DNA of 64,000 nucleotides, taken from Clostridia bacterium (GTDB lineage Bacteria; Bacillota; Clostridia; UMGS1883). How positions within the stretch are numbered: the first letter of the stretch is position 1; each line of letters starts with the position of its first letter. Shown one piece after another: positions 1 to 10,047 of the stretch. Location: contig JAFSGW010000028.1 of NCBI GenBank assembly GCA_017440585.1, positions 1,429 through 65,428 of the forward strand. Direction: 5' to 3'. The notes below the pieces were generated by a model that did no database searches, was not told the origin of the DNA, and saw only the letters and a program-made list of their open reading frames with translations. Made by a program: the position numbers and the translations under genes.

Positions 1-2769
1 ATAATGTTCATTTCATCGAATGCGTAGAATTTATCATCATCAATGGAGATTGCCTTTGTTGTTTTGTCGGTAATTTCGCCATAATGGATGGATACATAAT
101 CGTCGGAGAAGTCATCTGTTATAATGCCGTCCAGGTTTTCTGAGAGTGTGCCACCCATTGCATCGAGGGTGGAATTAAAGAGAAGCTGAATGTCTGTTGC
201 GTAGTCACCAAGGGGAGTGTAGATAAATATATTGCCTGCTGCAAGATTCACTTCCTCATATTCCCCGGGTGTTACATAAACAGAGAACGAGGCTCCATCT
301 TTGACACCTGTGATTTTAACTGCGTCCTTCTTGTTGTAAATTGCATCGGCAACCTTTGTAACAACCATTACTGTTTCTTCTGCATTATAGGAAATTTCAA
401 GGTCCTTTGCAAGGATTACGTCTATAGCTTCGCCTTCCTTGCCGTAGGAGGTGAAGGTGTAGGCTGTAGCGTCCACTAAAGCCTTGTACGCCTTATGTGC
501 ACTGAGGGAAGCGTCCAGGTCTTCTTCCTTAGTGTCAATATTTATGAGAATGGTTTTACCGTCAATTACTCCGTCACCTAAGGTCAAGTCAGCCTTATTG
601 TATACAGCAGGGGTGTTCTCATATGCTTTGTTTTCAGTGAATGCCTCACAGCCGGGAAGGTAGAATTCGGCAACGGTGTCCTTGTCGGTAAAGGCAACCT
701 TTGCCACACCTACATAGGAGGATACAAGGTTATAGGCTTCCTCGGCACTAAGAGAGGCTGTTGTGCCTTCCTTGGTATAGAGTGTTACATTCTTGGGGTG
801 GATAACATATGGGTCTACAGTGCCGTCCACGGTCATTATCTGTACATAGTAATTTGTTTCACCGAAAGCATCCTCAGCTGTGGTGTAATCGATTAAAAAT
901 ACATATTCGCTGTTATATATTATGGGCTCGGGCTCAATTTCGGGTGCATTGAGGTCAAATGCCACAAGCACGGGAGCTATTTCATCCTCGGCACCGTATG
1001 CAATGAAGGAATAGGAAGAGCCGTCGGTGAAGGAGTCCTTAACGGTTGTGAATGTAACAGAATTGTCGGTGCTGTTAACATTGAATATTATTGTATCGGG
1101 GCTGAGTTTTATGTTGCCGTAGGTGTTGCGGGCGTCATTGTAGACACCAGACTCATACTCGCTATCGTCTTCATACCTGTCATAGGTTTCAAAATCATCT
1201 GTTGTATCGGGGAAAACTACCGTGAAGATTTCCATGTTTTCATCAAGGACAATTTTCAGCACGCCTCTGTATTCGGAAAAATAATCATAGGCTGTATCGT
1301 CGGTTACCTTGATTGCATTGCCGTTTAAGGTGTAGATATCAATTCCGCGCTTTCTTAATGGGTAGGCTATCTCTTCGCCCGATGCAGTAATGCCCTTTAA
1401 AAGGTAGATGCATCCGTCGAAGGTATCATCCTCCGTGGCTGTGTCGGTAAGGTAGAAGTAGCTGTAGTTAAGCTGAGGAAGCTCTACATGGGCAATTTTG
1501 TTGAAAGCGTTGATGTAGAATATACCGCTTGTGCCTGCCCTGAGGTTGTCAGTATAAAGGGGGCTTATTTTATAGTCGGTAGCGTTGATTGTGTAAACAT
1601 CGTCGTCAACTTCGTCTACCGTGCCCTCAATGCGGGTGGAGGAAACGTAGATGGTATAAATACAAACATCTGCATCAAGGCAAGTGATTACATCGCCAAT
1701 GGTTATATCAGAAGCAGAGGCTTCTTCGCCGTTGCGGATGATTTTGTAATATGCGGAATCATCGCTGTTGTCAATTTCAAATTCCATGCTTTCGTCATTT
1801 GTTGAAAATACCCACAAATCGTCCTCATTGCAGATGTTGCTGACAACAAATTCCAAAGAGTTATAGGTGGGAGCATTGGCGAAAATAAATTCAAAGGCTC
1901 CGTCATTATCGTTGTCAAGAAGTGTTATTTCGTCAAGGTCATAAGCAATATCGAAAAAGTCATCAGTAAGGTGGTAACTTGTATTGAAGCCGTTTATAAC
2001 AACGTTTGTGTCGCTTAAGTTAAACTCAATTCCACCTGCGTAAACAAAGCTGTCGATGGCTGCCTCAACGGGGGTTCTGGCACTGTCTGATTCGTAATAG
2101 ATGATTTCGTCGGGCTCGATATTAACGATTAAATCACCCTGAACGGTTACATAGGTATTTGAGTTTTCCTTTTTTACAATGCTGTTAATAACGTCAAGGC
2201 TGTTTTCAGAATATGTTACGGAAGCTGATACCGTGGAGCCTATAAGATCAGCCACGTCAAACCCATCAGCGGAGAAGGTGAAAACCTCACCTGCAGGGAA
2301 GGCTTCCGAAGAGGACTTAGTTACGAAAATTGTAACGGTTGGTGCCGGCTCATAATGATAGGGGCAGGAAAGATATGTTTCAATAACGATGCCCTCTATT
2401 TTTTCGCCAAAGGAGAGCTCTTTTGCTGCACTTTCTGAAATGGGTGCATGGTTTTCGTCCCAGAGAAAGACCTTTACATAGTCACCGGAAGAATATGTAT
2501 AGTTTTCGATGGTGTAGGTTGCAGCGGTGGGATTTGTGAGCTTTTGTGCTGCGGCACCCTTTAATGTATGGTCACTGCTGTAAACTGCCCCATAGCCGTA
2601 GGCTGCAGCCACATTGCCCGTGACAGAGGCGGAAATTGCAAGGGTGGTGCCTTCGTAATCGATATTTTCTATAGTTTGCACCACGAAAAAGCCCTCTGCC
2701 GAAACGGGGATTGAGAAAAGGCTTAAAGCTAAAGCAAGGGATAAAAATAAACTTAAAAACTTCTTCATG
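1..2769 (-). CDS. large secreted or cell-surface protein, truncated by the window edge (more than 900 aa in window); function unknown
   Basis: Minus-strand frame is open from position 1 to an ATG at 2767-2769. AAGGAGG lies 7 nt upstream. The N-terminus MKKFLSLFLSLALALSLFSIPVSAEG is a Sec signal peptide. There is no in-window stop, so it is absent from the ORF track; plus-strand ORFs in this span are all short. Confidence 0.6.
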
Positions 2770-2865
2770 AAATGACCTCCTTTTATATAATTATTTTATC
2801 ACTGCGGCAATATGTTGTAAAGCGTTATTTATGCCACTAAAGCTGTTATTCGTGCCACTAAAGAT

Positions 2866-2894
2866 TGACACGGGGAGGGAAAAATATTATAATA
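2866..2894 (+). promoter_or_regulatory. sigma-A type promoter (TTGACA-17-TATAAT) for the DJ-1 / 5-FCL genes
   Basis: TTGACA at about 2866, a 17-nt spacer, then TATAAT at about 2889. This is about 30 nt upstream of the RBS GTAGGAGG and the ATG at 2922. Two GCCACTAAAG direct repeats lie just upstream and overlap the -35. Confidence 0.45.
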
Positions 2895-2921
2895 GAATAG
2901 ATAAAGTAGGAGGTATAGATT

Positions 2922-3461
2922 ATGGTATATATTTTTCTTGCAGACGGCTTTGAAGAAACAGAAATGATTGCTCCCTGGGATATACTTATCCGCGGCGGGA
3001 TGACGGTGAAAACAGTTGGCGTTACCGGTGAATTTGTGACAGGTGCTCACGGCATGGTTATAAAGAGTGATATTGCTCTTTGTGATGTTGATGAAAAAAG
3101 TGGCGAAATGTTCATTCTGCCCGGTGGCATGCCCGGCACAAGTAACCTTGACGAAAACGAAAGAGTAAGAGAAATTATGCTTAATGCATATAATGACGGA
3201 AAATTTGTTGGTGCTATATGTGCCGCACCTATGGTTTTAGGTAAACTGGGCATTTTAAAGGGAAAGAAGGCGACCTCGTTCCCCGGCTTTGAGGAATATT
3301 TAGAGGGGGCAGAGCTTGTGCGAGAGCATGCAGTACGTGACGGTAACGTTATAACTGCAATAGGTGCAGGCGGTGCTATGGAGTTTGGCTTCACGCTTTT
3401 AGCTTGCTTTGACAAGGAAAAGAGCAATGAAGTAAGGCGTAGCATGCAGTATGAGCTGTAA
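2922..3461 (+). CDS. DJ-1/PfpI family protein (ThiJ-like glutamine amidotransferase-like)
   Basis: 179 aa. Typical DJ-1/PfpI layout: an AICAAP nucleophile-elbow-like segment and a GGMPG motif. A strong RBS is present. Confidence 0.75.
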   Translation: MVYIFLADGFEETEMIAPWDILIRGGMTVKTVGVTGEFVTGAHGMVIKSDIALCDVDEKSGEMFILPGGMPGTSNLDENERVREIMLNAYNDGKFVGAICAAPMVLGKLGILKGKKATSFPGFEEYLEGAELVREHAVRDGNVITAIGAGGAMEFGFTLLACFDKEKSNEVRRSMQYEL

Positions 3462-3978
3462 GGCGACCCTTCGCCGTGAAATGATTGAAAAAAGGAAGGC
3501 TCTTTCCTTAAAAAACGGCGAAATGTTTGTTAAGATAATAAAAGAGCTTGAATGCTACAAAAAAGCGAAAAATGTTATGCTTTATATGCCTATAAAGGGT
3601 GAAGCGGACGTGACGGGGCTTTTAGGTGACAAAAAACTTTTCCTTACCCCGGTGACAGAGGGCGATGAAATGTACGCCTGCAGGGTTGGGAAAATGGTTG
3701 AGGGTGCCTTTGGCGTACCGGAGCCTTCTGACAAAACCCCCTTTGATAAAAAAGACATTGACCTTGTGATAGTGCCGGGGGTTGCCTTTGACAAAGAGGG
3801 TAACCGTATGGGCTTCGGGAAAGGGTATTATGACCGCTTTTTAAAGGGTATGAAGGCAATGAAAATTGGCGTGTGCCACGCCTTTCAGCTGATGGATAAA
3901 ATCCCGAGTGAGCCACACGATGTTAAAATGGATATGATTGTTACGGAGCGAGGAATATGGACAAAAGAGAATATATAA
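3451..3978 (+). CDS. 5-formyltetrahydrofolate cyclo-ligase
   Basis: 175 aa. Hallmark GFGKGYYDRFL C-terminal motif and PGVAFD motif. Overlaps the DJ-1 stop by 11 nt. Confidence 0.75.
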   Translation: MSCKATLRREMIEKRKALSLKNGEMFVKIIKELECYKKAKNVMLYMPIKGEADVTGLLGDKKLFLTPVTEGDEMYACRVGKMVEGAFGVPEPSDKTPFDKKDIDLVIVPGVAFDKEGNRMGFGKGYYDRFLKGMKAMKIGVCHAFQLMDKIPSEPHDVKMDMIVTERGIWTKENI

Positions 3979-4595
3979 TAAGCTTAATAAAAAAAGAGGA
4001 CGAGCCCCTTCGTACAATGAGGGAGATTGCCTCAAATACAGAAACCTATGCTCCCATTGTGCCAAGTGACACGGCACAGCTCTTAAAAACACTTTTGCAT
4101 ATTATAAAGCCAAAAAGGATACTTGAGATTGGTACTGCAATAGGGTATTCTGCAATACTGATGGCGAAAAACACTTCTGAGGATTGCGAAATAATAACAG
4201 TCGAGCGGTATGAAAAGGTTGCCGACATTGCCATAAACAATATTTTTGAGGCAGGCTTTGAGAAAAAAATAAGGGTTGTAAAGGGCGAAGCGGTTGATAT
4301 CATAAACTGGCTTGACGGTGACTTTGACATGGTTTTTATGGATGGTGCAAAGGGTCAGTATATTGAATTTCTGCCCCGTGTGCTGGAGCTTTTGAAAACG
4401 GGCGGTGTGCTTATAACGGACGATGTTTTGTACCACGAGCCCAACGTTGAGGAAAACGCCACAACACGCCACAGAAAATACACCATTGTGCAAAGGCTGA
4501 GGCAGTATCTGGAGGTTATATGCAATCACCCCGAGCTTGAAACAACGGTGATTGAGGCAGGAGAAGGAATAGCGGTAAGCTATAAGAAAGGGTAA
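3957..4595 (+). CDS. class I SAM-dependent O-methyltransferase (TrmR/YrrM-like tRNA 5-hydroxyuridine methyltransferase family)
   Basis: 212 aa. SAM-binding motif ILEIGTAIGYSAILMA. Caffeoyl-CoA OMT-like fold family. Sits directly upstream of a U32 peptidase, as in the Bacillus yrrM-yrrN/O arrangement. Confidence 0.65.
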   Translation: MDKREYIISLIKKEDEPLRTMREIASNTETYAPIVPSDTAQLLKTLLHIIKPKRILEIGTAIGYSAILMAKNTSEDCEIITVERYEKVADIAINNIFEAGFEKKIRVVKGEAVDIINWLDGDFDMVFMDGAKGQYIEFLPRVLELLKTGGVLITDDVLYHEPNVEENATTRHRKYTIVQRLRQYLEVICNHPELETTVIEAGEGIAVSYKKG

Positions 4596-4599
4596 AGAT

Positions 4600-5817
4600 A
4601 TGAAAAAGTGTGAATTACTTGCCCCTGCGGGGAATTTGTATAAATTGAAAATTGCGGTAAAGTATGGTGCTGATGCCATATATATAGGCGGTGAGGCATT
4701 TTCCCTCCGTGTTGCCGCAGACAACTTCACAAAGGATGAAATGCGTGAGGGTATTGAATATGCTCATTCTCACGGCTGTAAGGTATATATTACGGCAAAT
4801 ATTATTGCACGAAATTACGACCTGCCCCAGATGAGGGAATATTTTAAGGAAATTTACGAAATGGGTGCAGATGCGGTTATAATTTCCGACCTTGGTGCAT
4901 TTATGATATGCAGAGAGGTTGCACCAAATTTAGAGATACACGTGAGCACTCAGGCAAACAACACAAATTACGAAACCGTTAAGGCATGGTATAATTTAGG
5001 TGCAAAGAGAGTGGTGCTTGCAAGAGAAATGAGCATCCGTGAGGTAAAGGAAATAAGATATAACATTCCCGCAGATTGCGAGCTTGAAGCCTTTGTTCAC
5101 GGTGCAATGTGCATTTCCTACTCGGGCAGATGTTTGCTCAGTAACTACATGACAAACCGTGACTCAAACCGTGGTGCATGTGCCCACCCCTGCAGATGGA
5201 ATTATGCACTTATGGAGGAAAAGAGACAGGGCGAGTATTTCCCCGTGTATGAAAACGAGAGGGGAACCTTCATTATGAACTCCAAGGATTTGTGTATGAT
5301 AGATCATATAAAGGAGCTTGTTGAAGCAGGTGTATACTCCTTTAAAATTGAAGGCAGAGTAAAGAGCGAATACTATGTGGCAACTGTTATCGGTGCATAC
5401 AGAAGAGCCATTGATGACTACCTTGCAGGAAGAGAATATAATAGTGAGCATTTTGAGGAAATATGCAAGGTGAGCCACCGTGATTATTATACGGGCTTTT
5501 TCTTCGGCATGCCAAAGGAGGGAGCACAGGTTTTCGGCTCCAACTCCTATATACGTGACTGGGACATAGTGGGGCTTGTCACTGAATATGATGAAGAAAC
5601 GAAAATTGCGAAGGTTTTACAGCGTAACCGCTTTTTTAAGGGTGACGAAATTGAAGTTATGAGACCTATGGAGCCCTCCTTTACACAGAAGGTTGAAATT
5701 CTGATGGACGAGGAGAAAAACCCTATTGAGGTTGCAAACCATGCGGCGGCGACTATTTATATGAAGCTTGATATGCCCGCTCCGCCCGACTCTATGATAA
5801 GAATAAAAAAGGCATAA
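4600..5817 (+). CDS. peptidase U32 family protein (TrhP-like, tRNA U34 hydroxylation)
   Basis: 405 aa. N-terminus MKKCELLAPAGNLYKLKIAVKYGADAIYIGG is a U32 signature. Cys-rich segment CAHPC. A 4-nt gap after the O-methyltransferase suggests an operon. Confidence 0.75.
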   Translation: MKKCELLAPAGNLYKLKIAVKYGADAIYIGGEAFSLRVAADNFTKDEMREGIEYAHSHGCKVYITANIIARNYDLPQMREYFKEIYEMGADAVIISDLGAFMICREVAPNLEIHVSTQANNTNYETVKAWYNLGAKRVVLAREMSIREVKEIRYNIPADCELEAFVHGAMCISYSGRCLLSNYMTNRDSNRGACAHPCRWNYALMEEKRQGEYFPVYENERGTFIMNSKDLCMIDHIKELVEAGVYSFKIEGRVKSEYYVATVIGAYRRAIDDYLAGREYNSEHFEEICKVSHRDYYTGFFFGMPKEGAQVFGSNSYIRDWDIVGLVTEYDEETKIAKVLQRNRFFKGDEIEVMRPMEPSFTQKVEILMDEEKNPIEVANHAAATIYMKLDMPAPPDSMIRIKKA

Positions 5818-5826
5818 GGTGATTAG

Positions 5827-7074
5827 ATGAAAAGAAATATTAAGGAAAACAAGTATTTCAGATGGGGCTTAACTGCATTTGTGGTTATTGCCGTGGCTCT
5901 TTTATGCAACCAGATTATGACAAACTGGGGGCAGGTGGCAGACTTTTCGGGAATGCTTGCAGGTGCATTGAGACCAATAATAATGGGTCTTATTATTGCA
6001 TATGTGCTCAACCCTTTGTTAAAGGTGTACGAAAAATACCTTTTCGGCAAGCTCTTTGGTAAAATGCTTAAGAAAAAGCCGAAGGCGGCAAGACGGCTTA
6101 CACGCATTTTTGGTGTTGTGTTTGCCTTGATTACTGCCCTTGCAATTGTTTCGGGATTGATGCTTTTAATAATCCCCGAGCTTTATGTGAACATAAACCG
6201 TCTTATTACAAGCTTTCCCGGTTATGTGGAGAATGTGATAGCTTTTCTTACGGAGCTTTCCAAGGAACATCCTGAGCTGGTAAATCCCATTATTGACTAT
6301 TTCAGTGTTGCATCCCAGGACTTGATTGCATGGGTACGTGACGGCGTGCTTCCCAATGCAAATCAGTTTATTGCAGAGCTTTCCATGGGTATTTACGGCA
6401 CCTTCCGTGCAATTTTGGACCTTATCATTGGCGTTATAGTTGCAATTTACGTTCTTGGCTCAAAGGAAAGATATGCGGCAGGAGCAAGAAAGTTTATATA
6501 TTCTCTGTTCAAAAAGGAAAGGGCACAAAAGGTGATTGCACTTGCAGCCTATACCGATGACCACTTCGGCGGCTTTCTGGTTGGTAAGGTTTTAGACAGT
6601 GCCATTATAGGTGTGCTGAGCTTTATTGTTTTTTCAATATTCAACATTCCCTACACACTTTTAGTGAGCGTGTTTGTGGGAGTTACAAATGTAATACCAT
6701 TCTTTGGACCTTTCCTTGGTGCAATACCCTCAATGCTTCTCATTTTGCTTGTTAACCCCTGGAAGGCACTTATTTTCGGTGTGCTCATTCTTGCAATTCA
6801 GCAGCTTGACGGTAACGTTATAGGCCCTAAAATTTTAGGCAACAAAACAGGACTTGACAGCTTTGCGGTTATTTTCTCCATACTTATTTTCGGTGGCTTG
6901 TTCGGCATCCCGGGAATGATTGTGGGCGTGCCCGTATTTGCAACCGTATGGGGCATTGTTGTGGCAGTATGCGACAAGAGCCTTGAAAGGAAAAAGCTTC
7001 CCACCGACATTGAAGCCTACGGTCACGGCAAGGTTATTGAAGAAACTGTTAAAACTGAAAATACAGAGGAATAA
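5827..7074 (+). CDS. AI-2E family transporter (UPF0118 / PerM-like membrane protein)
   Basis: 415 aa. Multiple TM helices. Conserved FGxxG and NVIGPK motifs of the AI-2E family. Confidence 0.75.
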   Translation: MKRNIKENKYFRWGLTAFVVIAVALLCNQIMTNWGQVADFSGMLAGALRPIIMGLIIAYVLNPLLKVYEKYLFGKLFGKMLKKKPKAARRLTRIFGVVFALITALAIVSGLMLLIIPELYVNINRLITSFPGYVENVIAFLTELSKEHPELVNPIIDYFSVASQDLIAWVRDGVLPNANQFIAELSMGIYGTFRAILDLIIGVIVAIYVLGSKERYAAGARKFIYSLFKKERAQKVIALAAYTDDHFGGFLVGKVLDSAIIGVLSFIVFSIFNIPYTLLVSVFVGVTNVIPFFGPFLGAIPSMLLILLVNPWKALIFGVLILAIQQLDGNVIGPKILGNKTGLDSFAVIFSILIFGGLFGIPGMIVGVPVFATVWGIVVAVCDKSLERKKLPTDIEAYGHGKVIEETVKTENTEE

Positions 7075-7118
7075 AAATCCGGTTTTATAATATTCATATA
7101 CCACAAGGGGGTAGGTAT

Positions 7119-8240
7119 ATGAGAAAGATATTAGCATCACTCCTGGCAGTGGTGCTTATTTTTTCGATAATTGACTCACGTGCTGAGGCTCTGGAGCTTA
7201 ACGGAAAAAGCTTTATTTTAGTTGAATGTGCGACGGGGCAGGTTTTGTACGAAAGTAATGCAGATGAGAGATTGGCACCTGCATCGGTAACAAAAATTAT
7301 GACTATGCTTCTTATTATGGAGGCAATAGAACGTGGAGAAATTACATATGACACCCGTGTTACCGCATCGGCAAGGGCAAAAAGCATGGGCGGCAGTACC
7401 ATTTTTCTCGATACGGGGGAAGAAATGACCGTGGACGATTTACTTAAGGGCATTGCAGTTGCCTCGGGTAACGATGCATGCGTTGCAATGGCGGAGCATT
7501 TGTCAGGCTCCGTTGAAAACTTTGTTGCGGTTATGAATAACCGTGCAAAGGAGCTTGGCATGGAAAATACCAACTTTGTAACCTGCAACGGGCTTGACAG
7601 CGATGAGCATTATTCCTCTGCAAGAGACATTGCCATAATGAGCAGGGAACTTATACGCCACGAGGACATTTTCCGCTATACCACAATATGGATGGATACG
7701 CTCCGTGATGGTAAGTTCCAGCTTGCAAACACCAATAAGCTGATACGCTTTTATGCAGGGGCAAACGGCTTGAAAACGGGCTCCACAAGCAAGGCGAAGA
7801 ATTGCATTTCGGCAACGGCAAAAAGGGATGATATGCAGCTTTGTGCCGTGGTGCTGGCAAGCGACACCTCGCAGTTAAGGTTCAATGCGGCAAGCACCCT
7901 TTTAAACTACGGCTTTGAAAATTTTATGGTTAAAGGCACGAAAAAGGGCGAGGCTGCAGGAGAGGTTTTGGTGAAAAAAGGTGAAGCGGGGAAGGTTGGT
8001 GCAGTTTTAAAAGATGACTGCATGATTGTGGTGAACAAAGTAAATAAGGATAACACCCAAAAAAGCATAACATTGTCAGAGAGCGTGGAAGCCCCGGTGA
8101 AAAAGGGCGATAAGCTCGGTGTGATGGAAATAAAGACAGAAAATGGAACAACCGTTGTGGACATTGTGGCAAAGGAGGACGTGGAAAGGGTTACCTTCGG
8201 ACGGATGTATATGCGGATATTAAAGAATTGGACACATTAA
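7119..8240 (+). CDS. D-alanyl-D-alanine carboxypeptidase (serine-type, PBP5/DacF-like)
   Basis: 373 aa. Signal peptide. SxxK (ASVTKIM), SGN and KTG motifs of low-molecular-weight PBPs, plus a C-terminal PBP5 domain. Confidence 0.8.
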   Translation: MRKILASLLAVVLIFSIIDSRAEALELNGKSFILVECATGQVLYESNADERLAPASVTKIMTMLLIMEAIERGEITYDTRVTASARAKSMGGSTIFLDTGEEMTVDDLLKGIAVASGNDACVAMAEHLSGSVENFVAVMNNRAKELGMENTNFVTCNGLDSDEHYSSARDIAIMSRELIRHEDIFRYTTIWMDTLRDGKFQLANTNKLIRFYAGANGLKTGSTSKAKNCISATAKRDDMQLCAVVLASDTSQLRFNAASTLLNYGFENFMVKGTKKGEAAGEVLVKKGEAGKVGAVLKDDCMIVVNKVNKDNTQKSITLSESVEAPVKKGDKLGVMEIKTENGTTVVDIVAKEDVERVTFGRMYMRILKNWTH

Positions 8241-8245
8241 AAAGA

Positions 8246-8282
8246 ACTCTCAAAAGGATTTCCTTTTGAGAGTTCTTTTTAA
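8246..8282. terminator. bidirectional rho-independent terminator
   Basis: Perfect palindrome AAAAGAACTCTCAAAAGGA..TCCTTTTGAGAGTTCTTTT between convergent genes. Confidence 0.6.
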
Positions 8283-9139
8283 TGCTTATTATTTCCTTCA
8301 TAACCTATAATTAATCCGCCTGCTTCTGCATAAAAGCTGCAAAGAGCCGTGCAGGGAATGATTTCAACATCTGCAGAAGGAAACTCCGCCAGAACAGCTT
8401 CCTTTAAGATGTTTGCCGATTCAGTGTTGAAGCAGTGGTTTATACGTACCTTGCCACCATTGTAGCCGTGCTTTTTCATGTTTGTGAAAAGTGTTGCAAG
8501 GGCACGCTTTTCGCCACGAACCTTGTCGGTGGGGTCCAGAACGCCTTCTGTGGCAGAGCCTACAACCCTTATGCCCAAAACGCCTGCTATTGTTGCAACC
8601 GCAGGGCTTACCCTGCCGTTTCGTGCAAGGTTTGTAAGTGACTGAAGGCAGAAGAGAAGGTGTGTTGTATCCTTATATTTTTCAACCTCTTCAACAATTT
8701 CTTCAAAGCTTTTGCCACTTAAGATAAGCTCGGTGAGCTTTTCAATAATAAGGTGCATTTCACCGCCCGTTGAGTAGGAGTCAACCACGTAAACCTTTGC
8801 CTCAGGGTGCTCTTCAAGGTAAATGTCACGTGCAGTGCAGGCAGAATTGTAACAGCCTGAAAGGTTACTTGTGAGAGTGATGGCAAAAATACAGTCGGCA
8901 CCTTCAAAGGCATCCAGCCAGTCACCCGTGCCGGGGCAGGAGGTTTTTGTTGCACCCTTAACTGTTTTTAAATCCTCAACCATTCCCTTAACGTCAAGGG
9001 AAGCATTGTCAACATACTCCTTTTCGGTGGAAAGTATTTTGAGGGGAACAGATGCATAGGGAACCTTATCCCATGTAAATATATTTGAAGATGAATCAGA
9101 AACTATTTTAAAGTTCATAAGTAGTCCTCCAAAATTCAT
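8279..9139 (-). CDS. DegV family protein (fatty-acid binding)
   Basis: 286 aa. DegV/EDD fold hallmarks: KIVSDSSSNI N-terminus and TSCPGTGDW. Confidence 0.85.
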   Translation of the reverse strand: MNFGGLLMNFKIVSDSSSNIFTWDKVPYASVPLKILSTEKEYVDNASLDVKGMVEDLKTVKGATKTSCPGTGDWLDAFEGADCIFAITLTSNLSGCYNSACTARDIYLEEHPEAKVYVVDSYSTGGEMHLIIEKLTELILSGKSFEEIVEEVEKYKDTTHLLFCLQSLTNLARNGRVSPAVATIAGVLGIRVVGSATEGVLDPTDKVRGEKRALATLFTNMKKHGYNGGKVRINHCFNTESANILKEAVLAEFPSADVEIIPCTALCSFYAEAGGLIIGYEGNNKH

Positions 9140-9259
9140 TATCGGTTTTTGAAAAACCTATCATGGGATATTTTAATACGGAACATGAGGATTGTCAAGC
9201 ATATATTGGTTGACTTGGGGATTTTTTTGTAGTAAAATACCAATGAAAGGGATGATATT

Positions 9260-9769
9260 ATGCCTGAAGGCTTTAAAGAGACACTGAAGGAGTTTGTGCA
9301 GGAATTCAAGCTCCCGGAATATAATGAAATACCGGACGTTGGCTTGTATTTGGAGCAGACGGCAAAGTATATATCACAGCTTGGTCAGCTTGGGGATGTT
9401 GTAATAACCGGCTCAATGATAAGTAACTACGTTAAAAAGGGGCTTATTACAAACCCCGTAAAAAAGCAGTACAGCCGTGACCAGATAGCCTATTTAATGT
9501 TCATAGCCATGGCAAAAACCGTGCTCAGCTTAGAGGATATAAGGCTTCTTATTGAGATACAGCAGAAAACCTACGAGCCTGAGGTTGCATATAACTACCT
9601 TGCCAAGGAGTTCAAAAACGTTCTGGAATATGTGTTCGGAATTAAGGATGAAATGGAAACAATAGGCAACAACAACCACGAGGCAAAGGTTATGCTCCGC
9701 AGTTTAATTATAACCGTTGCACACAAGGTTTATCTTGATATGTGCTTTAAATATTACCGCAATAAATAA
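9260..9769 (+). CDS. DUF1836 domain-containing protein
   Basis: 169 aa. The MISNYVKKGLITNPVKKQYSRDQIAYL segment matches the DUF1836 consensus. DUF1836 genes commonly neighbour degV. Confidence 0.55.
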   Translation: MPEGFKETLKEFVQEFKLPEYNEIPDVGLYLEQTAKYISQLGQLGDVVITGSMISNYVKKGLITNPVKKQYSRDQIAYLMFIAMAKTVLSLEDIRLLIEIQQKTYEPEVAYNYLAKEFKNVLEYVFGIKDEMETIGNNNHEAKVMLRSLIITVAHKVYLDMCFKYYRNK

Positions 9770-9795
9770 AAAAACGCCCGAAGGCGTTTTTTTTA
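9770..9795 (+). terminator. rho-independent terminator (copy 1 of a duplicated 24-nt terminator)
   Basis: AAAAACGCCCGAAGGCGTTTTTTTT immediately after the DUF1836 stop. Confidence 0.7.
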
Positions 9796-10020
9796 GCGTG
9801 TCGAAAAAGTCGACACGCAACAAAAAATCTTGCTGGGAGCAATATTTTTTGTTAATGCTTTTATAAGGAACAAAGTGCCGATTTCTCGTGCAAGGGGCTT
9901 GCGAGCCCCCTTAAATCGGCACTTTCGGAGGAGCAATACGATTGCCCCTCCGATTTTATTCGGGGAACCTTCTTCCCCGTGCCCTTCGCGATTATGCGAA
10001 AAAATTAGGTTTATCGACAG
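9796..10020. other. highly structured intergenic element (candidate small RNA) between two identical terminators
   Basis: A series of perfect hairpins: GCGTGTCGA/TCGACACGC; GTGCCGATTT..AAATCGGCAC enclosing AAGGGGC/GCCCCTT; GGAGGAGCAAT..ATTGCCCCTCC; CGGGGA..TCCCCG. No convincing ORF with an RBS. The 83-aa track ORF here is basic and low complexity. Confidence 0.3.
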
Positions 10021-10047
10021 TCTAAAAAAACGCCCGAAGGCGTTTTT
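10018..10047 (-). terminator. rho-independent terminator (copy 2, identical sequence) for folT
   Basis: The same AAAAACGCCCGAAGGCGTTTTTTT sequence abuts the folT stop codon. Confidence 0.7.

Noticed and set aside
1488-1918. Short ORFs (105 aa plus, 71 aa minus) near the window start.
   Set aside because: They are embedded in the long minus-strand surface-protein frame that runs off the window edge.
4083-4730. 215-aa minus-strand ORF antisense to the O-methyltransferase and U32 peptidase genes.
   Set aside because: Fully overlaps two well-supported plus-strand genes. No RBS or family match. Typical antisense artefact.
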